From Eledone cirrhosa (lineage: Eukaryota): 64,000 nucleotides of DNA. The notes beneath the pieces are model-generated. The model worked only from the letters and a program-made list of their open reading frames with translations. It had not been told where the DNA came from and made no database searches. Below, piece by piece: positions 14,924 to 27,751 of the stretch. Both the position numbers and the translations under genes were made by a program. Where the stretch lies: contig OZ024742.1 of assembly GCA_964016885.1 (NCBI GenBank), forward strand, positions 80,786,001 to 80,850,000, read 5' to 3'. Positions within the stretch are counted from its first letter, which is position 1. Each line of letters begins with the position of its first letter.

Positions 14924-16486
14924 TTAAAAGTGTCTTTTAACGTTTTGTAAATGTCCAATGGGGCTTTTATCATTTTTAGATGCATGTGCGAAATTCAAAC
15001 CTTCGGTTTTTATTAAGTTGTTATTATAAATAACGTTTAACAGTTTTTTTTGTTTACTGTATTTATGTAAGTATATGCACATTTTTCTTTTTGTGTCATG
15101 TTTTTTGTTTGCTGTTGTTGTGTGTTTTTTGTGTGTTGATGTATGTGTTATGTCTTGGGGAGGAGTTGTTTGTATTGGTGTTCCTGTGGTGTGTTTTCTT
15201 TTTTTTCTTTTAACTTTATGAAAGTCTGACGACGAAAGGGGGTCATCTTCCGTATTCGAGGGGAGGGGTTGATTTTCGGCTCGTGTTTGTGGTGTGGGTT
15301 TTATTGTATTTGTTTTCTGTGTGGGGAGGATGGGTGGTATTGTTTTTAGTTGTGTTTTAACTTGTGGTGTTAGATGTTTTTGTGGTGGTGGTGGAGGTTG
15401 TGTTGGTAGTGTCATAGTTGTTGGTGTGGGCAAAATTGGTGGTTTTTGTTTGCTAGGGAACAGGCAGCCCTCAGGTGACCTCTGCCACCACAGAGGTAAC
15501 AAGCGGGTCGTCTACCCTCCACTGTGATGTGTAAGAAGGCAAGCCCATCCAGCAACATGCGGTCGGGGATCCTAGCAATTCGCTCTGGCTGCATTTGACC
15601 AGAACTTGCAGGCTAGTTCCACCGAACACGTTGCTGGAAGACTTACCTACCGAAATTACTGCATCGTCTTTCAAGTCGAGGAGGCCACACAGTACCACCC
15701 AGAAATCGATGTCTGGATCGAAACTGTGTATGGTCAATCTTTGTGTTTTTCCTCCCAAATAAGTGGGGAAGAAGATAAATAAGAGGGACACAATTGGGGC
15801 CAGGGAATGTTTTTCGGCCGTCAATTTATCTTTCATTCAGATGGATAGAGTACCGTAGAGTCTATCCGTCCGGATGAATACAATCTTTTTCAGATGATCT
15901 TTTAACGCCAGTTCAATCTCTGTCTGTGTGAGTTGTACTGGCTTACGGGTTTTGTTTGTTATTGTCCTATAAATAATAGTTTTTAAGCTATTTTCCTTTT
16001 TTACCTCTGGGGGAGAATTTAAAGAAAATAGACCATTCTCTTCCAAAGTTATATACTTCCGTGCATTTTCCATTTGCTGGGCCATGTTCGAAATGTCAAT
16101 AGGTTCGTACACAATAGATTTTTTTATGCTTTTCGCGAACGTAGTTTTGTTCGACCCCTCTCTGTTTACATTTGTCGAAATGTGGTTTCCTTGTTTTTTG
16201 TTGTTACAATTTTCATTTTTTGTTGTGTTTGTGTTATTTATGTTGGTGTATTCGTTCACATATTTTTACCCGTTGGGGTTAGACTCCATTTTTCAAAATG
16301 TTCACTTATAATTTCAGTATCCATTGTAGTCACAGCTACTAGTTCTCTTTCACCTTTGCTGGTGGGCGTGGCACCGTGAAAACTCGAAACGGCATCCATT
16401 AATTTTGTCAATTTCTCCGAGTCAATTTTTTTCACATTTTTTTCATTAGGGTTAAGCTCCATTTTTTCAATGTTTCTAATAATCAT
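14924..16486 (-). pseudogene. Tx1-like ORF1 (gag-like, zinc knuckle), frameshifted
   Basis: CYLCGGRGHLRAAC (CX2CX4HX4C) followed by a Pro/Thr/Lys-rich tail, upstream of ORF2. Confidence 0.8.
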
Positions 16487-17320
16487 TATTCTTTCAGTAG
16501 GGAGGCTTGTGCCTCTGCTACCCGCTCTCCATTAGTTTGTCTAGTGGGCGTGTCATCGTTACCTGTGGTAATGGCTTCAATTACCACTAGCGTAGAGACA
16601 ATTACAAGATTTTTAGGATGAAAAATTTCATCCCAAAAGGGGTGAAATAAATTAACCCTAATGTCCGAAGACCCAGGCAAAGGGGTTAATTAACACAATA
16701 ACGCAAGAATACAGACAAACACTTACTGTTAACACGTAATATCTCCAATATTCACGGAGCCGATATGGAGAACGTCTATACCATCCGGAGATAGATAGAT
16801 AGATAGATAGATAGATAAATTTATTGTTTCCATATTTGTTTATGCTTATTTTGTTTATATAAGTTCATAAAAAGCTTTAATGTTTATTCCTGCAATTCCA
16901 TAGTATTTATTTTCTAAAAATTTAAAGTTGTAATTCAATTCGTATTATTTCATTTATATAATTGTTCTTACTGCATTGGAGAGTTCGTGATGTGAAACAT
17001 GTGTTATTTTATCCTGCAATCCGTTTGGGTAGGAGGAATTCTTTTTGATATGTAGAATTTGTTTTGATAGGTAGAATTCGATTAAGTAACGGCCTATTTT
17101 CTATTTTATACATATATGCATGTTTCTCTCTCTCTCTCTCTCTCTTAACTTCCTACTCTTCTTGATACACTGCCACTCGCTGCTGTTTCTATAAGGTCTT
17201 GAGTTTGCTGGTTGCAACTGAGTACCATTACAGTCACCAAAGTATTTTATTCATATTTGTGTATGACTATTTATAGTAACCGGCTATCCTACAGTTATAT
17301 TTGCATTTGAGATTCTACAC

Positions 17321-17363
<43 letters not shown>

Positions 17364-17448
17364 AATTAAAAAAAAAAGAATTATCTCATGGCTGAATACA
17401 ATAATATCAAATATCTTCACTAACTTTGATAGATGGCAGGTGAACGGT

Positions 17449-17498
17449 GAACTGCACTGATGAAGGGTATTACCCAGAAACATTAGTGTCTGCAGTTC
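17449..17498 (+). ncRNA. Minimal type I hammerhead ribozyme motif
   Basis: gaactgca CTGATGA a-gggta-t-taccc-a GAAA cattagtg TC tgcagttc; perfect 8-bp stem I and a GUC cleavage triplet. Confidence 0.88.
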
Positions 17499-17759
17499 TG
17501 TTTACATGCCAATACAAGAGCAGGAACGAGGGGCTCATTCTATTGACATGCCTTTTAAAAAAGAGGATGTTTGCATAATTGCAAACGAATGTAATATTAT
17601 AATTAATATTGGAAAAAATCAGATTACGTATATATATATATATGGGTGTAGAATCTCAAATGCAAATATAACTGTAGGATAGCCGGTTACTATAAATAGT
17701 CATACAGAAATATGAATAAAATACTATATATATATATATATATATATTTCCTTTCTGAA

Positions 17760-19040
17760 TTTGTTTAGCAAGATTCTTCAAATTTGTTCAAATTTAATGG
17801 AAAAACATATGCCCAAGAGGAGGAAGCAGCCATTGGTGTTAGCATTGCAGGTGACTTAGCTAACCTATTCATGGTATGGTCGGACAATAGACTTAAACTT
17901 AAACTTAAAGAACAATTAGAAGACAGCAACCACCTTAACCCTGATAATGTACACCCGCATGTTGATGATATAAACATCGTAGTAAAAAGAGTCAGGAATT
18001 AGAGAAAAACACCATGGAAAGCATCCAGCAAATAGCTAACTCCATCCACCAGATTATTAGAGTTACTATAGACTACCTAAGCAAACACCCCAACCATCGA
18101 TTACCTGTACTAGACACAGAGCTCTGGGTAGATACCATTAATAACAAAAAACAAATCCTCCATTCCCATTATGCCAAACCCATGACTTCCAAATATCTGA
18201 TCCACCGAAACTCAGCTGTTTCGGACCATACCAAAATCAACATACTGATTGCGCATTTGGTACGGGTGATGAGAAACGTGTCCCGCATGTGCAACTCCGA
18301 AGAACTAGAGAGACACATACAACACTTCATCCACCGTATGCAGTTCTCTGGTTACAATCAGAGAGATAAAATCAGAGTATATAGAGGAGCCAGAACCAAA
18401 TGGGAAAAAATGTTAAATAATTGTTTCTACTTTAGGCACAAGGCCAGCAATTACCCAGTACATTACTGGTACTTTATTTTATCGACCCCGTAAGGATGAA
18501 AGGCAAAGTCAACCTCGGCGGGATTTGAACTCAGATCGTAAAGGGACGTAACTATGCTGGAAAGCATGGCGTCCGACCCTCTACCGATACTGCCAATCCA
18601 CCGCCCTTAAAAATGTTAAATATTGATACAAATGCGACCGATACTGCCAATCCACCGCCCTTAAAAATGTTAAATAATGATACAAATGCGACCTGCCCCT
18701 AGTATAGGAGTACATTTTGGAATAGAAGAGAAAGAACTAGGAATAAGGTTAATAGAATAAACTTATGGTAAGATAGCAATAAATAGCAGATTGTAATGTT
18801 CATCAATACAACCCCTAGAGGTGAATTAGCTTACACATTTAGAAGGGCCCTAGTTAAACATAAACTCAATATTAACATAGTAGAAAGACCAAGTACCTCT
18901 ATAAAAACACTTATTAGTAATACATAACCTTTTCAAAAACCTCTCTGTATAGATAAAATAATGTATAATCTGTAAACCAAGCCCCCATATTAACTGTAAA
19001 ACTAGAAATGTAGTATATAGCATGAGATGTACTGAAGGAC
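17760..19040 (+). mobile_element. Penelope-like element remnant (RT, thumb, start of GIY-YIG; possibly Neptune-like)
   Basis: FKFNGKTYAQ..AIG, HVDDI, LPVLD, HYAKPM, FSGY, then CIIC...CKTRNVVYSMRC. Interrupted by a SINE. Confidence 0.8.
18421..18608 (-). mobile_element. OR1-like SINE inserted in the PLE
   Basis: Reverse complement of the 8771 family, with AAAAATGTTAAATA on both flanks. Confidence 0.88.
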
Positions 19041-19080
19041 AGAACAAAGGAAAGGCACAAAACAAAGAAAAGAATCCCCA

Positions 19081-19123
19081 GTCACTGAAGAGACAACATA
19101 ATGTGTGACGAAAGAACTTTGAC
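19081..19123 (+). ncRNA. Minimal hammerhead motif
   Basis: gtca CTGAAGA gacaac-ataat-gtgtgac GAAA gaac TT tgac; homologue at 60358. Confidence 0.6.
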
Positions 19124-19269
19124 AATATATGAACAATCGTCTCGTTGTGGAACCAACAAACCAACCTGAAATGTATAAATTCCTAAATTTATAAATTTAA
19201 TTTATAATAAATTGAAGTGAAACAGTTGGTGCGTGTGTTTCTTATTAGCAACATTACCCTCCCAAAGCA

Positions 19270-19388
<119 letters not shown>

Positions 19389-19495
19389 TATATATATATA
19401 AATATTTAAGTATATATAAATATATATATATATATATATAAATATTTAAATATATATAAATATATATATATATATTTAGATATATATAAATATAT

Positions 19496-19625
<130 letters not shown>

Positions 19626-19629
19626 AATA

Positions 19630-21556
19630 TAGAGAAGAAGTTTATGAAATGGAAATGCGGGTATAAAGAATTTATTAGGTAACAATTGTTTCTATAGTGT
19701 ATGGGTTACGTATACCTCGCTATTTGAATAATATAAAAATATTATCATAAACCGAAGGTACACTGTAAGCAAACACACCATGTCGTCAGACCTTTGTATT
19801 GGAATGATATGAAAATATTTTATACACTAGATAAAAGAGAAAGAAGGAGGTAGGAAGAGAAGGGGAAGAGGGAAGTGAGTAAGGGGGAGGGAGTCTTAGG
19901 AATTAAGACTGTCTGACTAGTAGAGATTGTAAGGAGAGAATGTTTTGGCAGTAGTTAGCTTAATGTGGCGTGTTAGGGTTGGCGGGGGAAGTAGATTTTT
20001 CTAGTGGTGTTGTTCGAACAAAATTTAGTTAAAGGGGTCAAAGTGGTACAGAGTTACAGACAAGTTATTGGGGCTATTATAGTAGCAGGTTATTTCTAAA
20101 GGGGTCCAGAAAACAGTGTTTAGTACTATTATTATAGGAAGCCATATCTTGTGTATAAACATATAAAACAGAAATTTGGAAACGGTGGTGTAAAAAGGTA
20201 ACATTACATGCATTTAAAAAAAGAAAAAGTCGTTTTCAAAAGATGGTTACAGTATAGTGAACGTTCAATTTTTCTGTTCAAAAGTTTGTTTACCGACGTC
20301 AAAATGCAGTATATCTCCAAATTGCATAACTTGCAGAATCGATGATTTTGCTTAATTTGCAGGCGCAGGTGCAATAATTTGCCAATCAAGGGAGAATGGT
20401 TGATTGTTCCTCCGGAGCTGCCAGGCTTTATCGGCGAGGGTTGTTACGGAGCGCATTTTCTCGTGCCTGATCGAAGATCGATGTTGGTATAGGCGAGCTT
20501 TGAAAGAAGTTGCGGTACATCCGACGTAATACCATTTGTTGGTTCCGGAATTTATTGTACATCGGTAGACAATATTGCGTGCTAGGCACTGGTTATTCAG
20601 TGGGCATGTACCTGGTTTGGTGCAGTTACAATTATTTTTATATTTTGCAGTAGAATCCTGGATAGTTTGGTGGGGTTGTAGTTGCGTGTTAGTGCGTTGC
20701 TATGCTGGTGCTCTGAGTCATTAGGGATGTAATTATTTAGTATTGCTGAGTTGAGTTGTTTAATTAGTTTTTCTATGTTAGGTGCAGTGGAGTATGAGAG
20801 TCTAATGGTGCGCGAGTTAAAGATTTTATAGTATTTATGTGAAGTTGTAAAGTGTTTATTGATTAGTGTATAGAATTGTGAGATAATCTTAGTGCTAATA
20901 GAAGTATTGTACACGGGGTTATGCCATATGTACTCTCTACGTCTGACTCTATTTGCTGGTTTGCACCTATTAGTATGCCTATTGATGTGTGTGCGTGGTG
21001 CAATACTAGTTCGACTTAGATGTGTTTTATTCATAGTACTTATGTGGTTATCGTCTAGATATTCTATTTTCTCGCAGTAACCAGCTTTTCTAAGTGCGTC
21101 ATTATAATATTCAGCATGCTCGTTGAAGGTCTGCAAATCAGACGACAGTCGGGAGATCCTTATGGATATATTTTTAGGGATAGATTTAATAATGGAATTG
21201 GGATGGTTCGATTTTACATTAACGTACTTGAGATTTTCATTAAGTTTGTGAAATGGCTCTATATTACCGTTATTAAGGTTGAAGGTGACATCCAAGAAGT
21301 TGACCACCTTAAGATTGTGTTCGAAGGTAATATTAAGCCCTAGTTCTAAGAAAAGTTTCCTAATGTTTTTACGTCGCCTTTCTAGGTTTTGTTTGTTCAT
21401 ATTCTTGACTAATAGAAGTGTATCGTCGCGGTAAATTCCGCCGTGGAAGTCCGTAAATTCGCTCTGGAGTCTGTGGGCTATATAGATCCCAACCAGATCC
21501 GTGACCTCCGCCGAATCATTAGAACCCATCGTAATGTCGAATTCCGAGGGTCTATT

Positions 21557-21558
<2 letters not shown>
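19630..21558 (-). mobile_element. 5'-truncated Penelope-like element (Hydra-clade-like) between (TA)n tracts
   Basis: FDITMGSNDSAE, IYRDD, NFLDVTF, SNHP, then (frameshifted) CNCTKPGTCPLNNQC..IVY..YVG, R..H, CKLCNLE. The 3' region contains a hammerhead. Confidence 0.9.
19677..19793 (-). ncRNA. Hammerhead motif with long stem II in the PLE 3' pseudo-LTR
   Basis: aggt CTGACGA c-atggtgtgt...atacactat-a GAAA caattg TT acct. Confidence 0.78.
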
Positions 21559-21637
<79 letters not shown>

Positions 21638-22254
21638 ATGAAGTAGAGCTTCATTAAATTTCAACAAACAAATTCTTCTCAGAAGGCAATGTTCAACCCA
21701 GGGTTATAAGTGCTAATTGTTCAAGCTGCCTCGCAGGTGGCCGGAGCCTGGCTAAAACCATGCTTTACAATCGAACTCGTAATTGAACGGTCCATCCACT
21801 CTCTCTCTTTCTCTATCGGTTTATATATATATGTATATATATATATATAGTACTATTTTTAGATTATTCATAATATTGCCTTAGACCTACAAAAATCAAA
21901 CGTATGTTAAACATAAAAGCATGATATCTTAGCGTGTATTTGTCCATTAGATTATTTTATTCAGATTGGCTGCTGTAAATATACCTTGTTCCTTCCAGTT
22001 CAGTTACTTAAATATCTAGATATTACTTACATACTGGAATCCAATTTCCTGTCATCCCCGATTGGCTTTCAGCATCCCACTTTCGAAATTGCTTCTTGCT
22101 TAGACGTCTTTCAAATATTGAATTAGAAAACATTAAAGAAAAAAGGGAACGGCTGGTTAACTTGGTATGGGGATATGTAAATAGATGTATAACTAGATAG
22201 ATAGTTTAGATAGGTAGGTATACAGATAGATTGAATGTGTATATATGTATATAC

Positions 22255-22367
<113 letters not shown>

Positions 22368-22504
22368 TTATATATATATATATATATACATTTATATATA
22401 TATATATATATATATATATGAGTATATATGATAGATGTATAGATGAATATAGATACAGTTACACGTATTCAAACATATAGACAAACACATACACATATAT
22501 GCAG

Positions 22505-22618
<114 letters not shown>

Positions 22619-22649
22619 ATATATATAAGTATATATATATATGTATATA

Positions 22650-22686
<37 letters not shown>

Positions 22687-22718
22687 AGATCAAAAGATGG
22701 TTAAAGGAGTTCAATATA

Positions 22719-22785
22719 TTTTATTATGCGCATTTCAAAAACAAACATCATCAAACAATAATATTTGTGTTTTCATCAGATAAAA
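22719..22785 (-). ncRNA. Hammerhead motif (mirror of 24370)
   Basis: Reverse complement of the 24370-24436 motif. Confidence 0.75.
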
Positions 22786-24369
22786 CAGGAGAACATGATA
22801 TGAAGGCTACAAAAACACTTGTTGATAGTGCAGTTTTAAATCAACATATGAAAAGTGGTTTTAGATTGATGTGTGATATTGGGAAAAATATTTTATTTAG
22901 AGAGGGGGGGAGAGAAAAGGATGAAAAGGGAAGGAGATGAGAGGGAGAGATGGGTGATAGAGAGAAAGAGATAGTTTTTATAACAGAGAGGAGATATATT
23001 TTATATAGAGGGGTTGAAAACCGTTGGAAGATACTGTATAAATTAAAAATTTTGAAAATTAACGAAGGGAGGATATGTGCGAGGAAAAAATATATTATAT
23101 TTAGGGAGGGGTGGGGGTGGAAAGGATGAAAAAAAAGGGGAGGAGATGAGAGTGAAGGTGGAAAGCGAGAGATGGGTGATAGAGAGAAAGAGATAGTTTT
23201 TATAACTGAGAAAAAGATATAATGTTTTAATATAGAGAGGTTGGGAACCGTTGGAAGATAATGTATAAATTAAAGGAATTTGAAAATTAACGAAGGGAAA
23301 TTATGTATGGAGATAGAGAGAAAAAAATAATAATAACGAAGGGAGATTATGTATGGAGATAGAGAGAAAAAAATAATAATTGTGGGTGAATATTCTAACG
23401 TCAAAAGGAGAAATGTAGGAATTTTAAAATTAGCAAAGAGAAAAAGTTTGTGTAGAAGGATTTGAGAAAAATAATGTTAAGTTAAAGTTTTTATATTGAA
23501 TTCATATGTATTAATAATGAGTTCGTTGATGGGGAGAAAAAAATAATAATAAATTAAGGATGAAATTGAGATTAAAAAGATTTATGATAGAGAGAAAAAA
23601 TAATAATGATTGCGGATGAATACTCAAAATGTCAAAAACAAATGTTATTGTTTTACGAGGAGATATAACTTCACATTATTTTTCTCAAATCCTTCTACAC
23701 AAACTTTTTCTCTTTGCTAATTTTAAAATTCCTACATTTCTCCTTTTGACGTTAGAATATTCACCCACAATTATTATTTTTTTCTCTCTATCTCCATACA
23801 TAATCTCCCTTCGTTATTATTATTTTTTTCTCTCTATCTCCATACATAATTTCCCTTCGTTAATTTTCAAATTCCTTTAATTTATACATTATCTTCCAAC
23901 GGTTCCCAACCTCTCTATATTAAAACATTATATCTTTTTCTCAGTTATAAAAACTATCTCTTTCTCTCTATCACCCATCTCTCCCTTTCCACCTTCACTC
24001 TCATCTCCTCCCCTTTTTTTTCATCCGTTCCACCCCCACCCCTCCCTAAATATAATATATTTTTTCCTCGCACATATCCTCCCTTCGTTAATTTTCAAAA
24101 TTTTTAATTTATACAGTATCTTCCAACGGTTTTCAACCCCTCTATATAAAATATATCTCCTCTCTGTTATAAAAACTATCTCTTTCTCTCTATCACCCAT
24201 CTCTCCCTCTCATCTCCTTCCCTTTTCATCCTTTTCTCTCCCCCCCCCTCTCTAAATAAAATATTTTTCCCAATATCACACATCAATCTAAAACCACTTT
24301 TCATATGTTGATTTAAAACTGCACTATCAACAAGTGTTTTTTTTTTAGCCTTCATATCATGTTCTCCTG

Positions 24370-24436
24370 TTTTATCTGATGAAAACACAAATATTATTGT
24401 TTGATGATGTTTGTTTTTGAAATGCGCATAATAAAA
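24370..24436 (+). ncRNA. Minimal hammerhead motif
   Basis: ttttat CTGATGA aaacacaaatattatt-gttt-gatgatgtttgttttt GAAA tgcgca TA ataaaa. Confidence 0.78.
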
Positions 24437-24589
24437 TATATTGAACTCCTTTAACCATCTTTTGATCTTATATTATGCATACTCCAGTCCCACAAACTGT
24501 AGAGTGCTTCTTATCCGATATCTGCATTGCTTTATTGTACTACAATAAAACTCACCTCCTACATATATATATATATATATATATATATA

Positions 24590-25420
24590 AGGGAAAAAGA
24601 TGAAATCGAAAATGCAACTGGAGTCTTTCTTTTTTAAAATATACATTTATTTGTTTCCTTTACCGGTTTCGCACTTCTTCTGCTTTTCAAAAAAGTAGAA
24701 TTGAGATGGAGGGTCTGTCGTTTTTCTCACATCTGGTTGGTCTTTAAATGTTACTTCTGTTTTATATGGAAAAAAGTGGCTCGAAATGCCAGGTATTTAG
24801 AGAAGTAATTTTGTTGGTTGGTGAATAATTATAATAAATTTCGCGCCTGTTCACATTACAAAGTTCTTCAAACAAATGGGCGGGGGTGGGGGGGGTTTAT
24901 GGGGCTAAGATTGTTTGTTCATATATGAGTGAAGTTTGGTTGGTTGATGCAGTGTCGTGAATAAGCACATCAGCTTTCGCGCCAGTTTCAGTTTGAATTT
25001 CTTTTAACTTAAAAACAATTAGCTCACGAAGAATTTTTTTATAAATGTAATTTGATTGGTTATAAATTAAATCCTGATTGTCCCTTAAACAAGTACATTA
25101 AATTTCGCGGCCCGTATATTTGAATTTTTTTATAGCCATTTAGAGAATTTTGTGCCAAACAAAAGATAATGGTCAAGAAAAAGAGATGGAGAGAGTTGTT
25201 CTGAGTATGAAATATGTGCTGAAATGTAATTTGATTGGTTATAAATGAAATTATGGCTGTAACGTGAACAAGTACATTAAAATCGCGCCTGTATTTTTGA
25301 ATTTATTTTGTTGACTTTTCAAGAATTCTGTGCCAAACAAAAGATAATGGTGAAGAAAAAGGGGATGGGGAGAATTGTTCTGGTTCATTAAATATGTCAG
25401 GTGCGCGGGGGTCTCAGAAT
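24590..25420 (-). repeat. Dispersed pLTR-like repeat with internal ~180-bp duplication
   Basis: Inverse homologue at 41320-42010; degenerate hammerhead with GAAAccggTAaagg. Confidence 0.7.
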
Positions 25421-26577
25421 TCAGACTTTCTATTGAAATAAAGACAGTAGAGATATGTATGTTTATTTCCTCTCCTCTTTTATATTTTCTGTCTAATCTT
25501 AATTTAAAAAAAAACTTTTTATATTTTCTTTCTAATTTTGTTTTCAAAACTTCTAATTTTTTATTATCTTTGCATTATATTTTTCTTGATGAAGGGGAAA
25601 TATCCGATTCGTTGACTAGGTAACTCGCTCTATTTCTGTTAAACTCTGAAACTAATGCGATTTTAAGTTAATGCATTCTCTTATTTGTCAGTTTCTTATT
25701 GCTTTGATATATATATCAAGACAGAGACAGAGAGAGAACAAATATATTATGTGTTAAAGTAATGATATCAGTGAAACATATACAGTTGGGACATAAAAAA
25801 TACAAGAAAACTCAGTATGACGGACACATGGACATTTCCCTTTCATCGACTGACTTGTGTGATTCATCATGGATGTGTATGTTTTAAAGGCTGGATTATT
25901 CTTCCTAGTGCAGCATTAGACTGTCAAAGGGAGCTATTTGGGGTGAATACACAACAGATCATGGACAAACTGCCGAAGAGATCGAGTGTTTTCATCTCAT
26001 TTGGGAATAAAAGAAGGGCAAACATCTACGTACTGATATAAAACAAGAATGTTGCAGGAAAACGCATCACATTCATGTAATTAAGTAAGCATAGGAGGAT
26101 AAGAGAGATTCATTGATTGTTCTTCAGGCGATAATGGTAAATATAATCGACAGAGAGAATTAACAAGACCGCTGGTCGAAGTATAAAATAATGAATAAAT
26201 ACCTGATTGGAAGGCGAGTATGGACCACAGAAGGAAGACAAAAAGAGTGAGAGAGAGATAGAGGGGGGGGGGGGAGTGAGAGGGATATGGAGAGAAAGAG
26301 AGAAGGGAGGAAAAAGAGAGAGGGAAGAAAGGGATAATGATAGTTATAGGGTGTGGGAGATATAGATAGGCAGAGAGAGAGGACGAGGAAATGTAGGGGA
26401 GGGATATAATCACAGTAGTAGTAAAGAACAGATTGGAGGACTGATCCGGCGGGTGGTCGAAATACAAAAGGATGACAAAAACTTGACGTGAAGCTTCTAG
26501 TTAGGATTGAATAAAGTAATCGGATCCACAACAGGAAGACCAACGGCTGCGATTGAAGTAGCGACAAAGAGAAGAGA

Positions 26578-26624
<47 letters not shown>

Positions 26625-26651
26625 TATGTATGTATATATATATTAACAGAG

Positions 26652-26699
<48 letters not shown>

Positions 26700-27296
26700 T
26701 GTATATAGATTTATAGGGATATATAGAGAGAGTGAGATAGGGAGAATTACAAGAGTAGTAAACATCATCTTTGTTTATCAATTTTTTTTATATGACAGTC
26801 ACTATGACGATATCTGTGAAGGATAAACACATGAGGCATAAAGAAAAGACAACAGCAAAACACGGAAAGGATGGACACATGATTGGTTCCAACAAAATAC
26901 TTGTCTTTTCGAAATCATCAAAGTTTCGGATACGTGATGATTTCGAATGGATGATTTTTCTAGTGCTTCAATACTATCTAAAACAAATATTGGCATGGAA
27001 ACATATCGGATACTGGAAAGAAAACGGTTCGACTTGGACCTTTTCGAAACTTTGGCTAGGGAAACAAGGCTAAATATTTACATGTCGATACGCGTCATGC
27101 AAATTACTACATTCAAAAGTAGGAATAACTCAGCTGACAAATGCAGGAAATTAACCGTAGAAGGAATCTCTCTACACCCCCTTTCAAAATGTTCTTGGCA
27201 TTTTATATGATTAATATGTTAATTCGTCACTGCTACACATGCACATATATAAACGCATATATACTTAAACGGTGTCTTAATGCTACTGATAATTAA

Positions 27297-27412
<116 letters not shown>

Positions 27413-27751
27413 AATATATATATTAGAATTGGAGCTCTGAAATAGAAATATATATATGAATGTATATATAATGTATTTTGCAATACACTTTATGCTTAAT
27501 TAAAAGCATTTTGAAGACCGTATGCTATTGTTTTAGAGTAGTGACAAATTCACTTACTTTAATCTCAGCTCTGCCGCCGGGGTCATACTTTTTCCTATTA
27601 CCCACTCCACTATCCTAAGTATTGAGTACTCTGGTGCGTTATGGTCCATCTTGTTCCTTACCACAATTCCTCGTTATATATATATATATATATATAACGA
27701 AGGAATTATGGTAAGGAACAAGATGGACCATAACGCACCAGTATATATATA

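Larger units (their letters stand above)
11349..16790 (-). mobile_element. Near full-length, decayed Tx1/L1-clade non-LTR retrotransposon
   Basis: ORF1 with CCHC knuckle, ORF2 with APE and RT, AATAAA at the 3' end, and (GATA)n on both flanks. Confidence 0.9.
22680..24475. repeat. Long inverted repeat (~800-bp arms, ~180-bp spacer)
   Basis: 22680-23484 is a near-exact reverse complement of 23667-24475. Confidence 0.95.

Noticed and set aside
11361-16379. Plus-strand ORFs over the LINE
   Set aside because: Antisense shadows of the minus-strand Tx1 ORFs
21701-21777. HDV-like ribozyme look-alike (ctg-cctcg-cag-gtggcc-gg...gaac)
   Set aside because: L3 would be only 5 nt and P1 needs several G-U pairs; the fold is not convincing by eye
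25960-26135. Minus-strand CTGAAGA with a distant GAAA
   Set aside because: No compatible stems found
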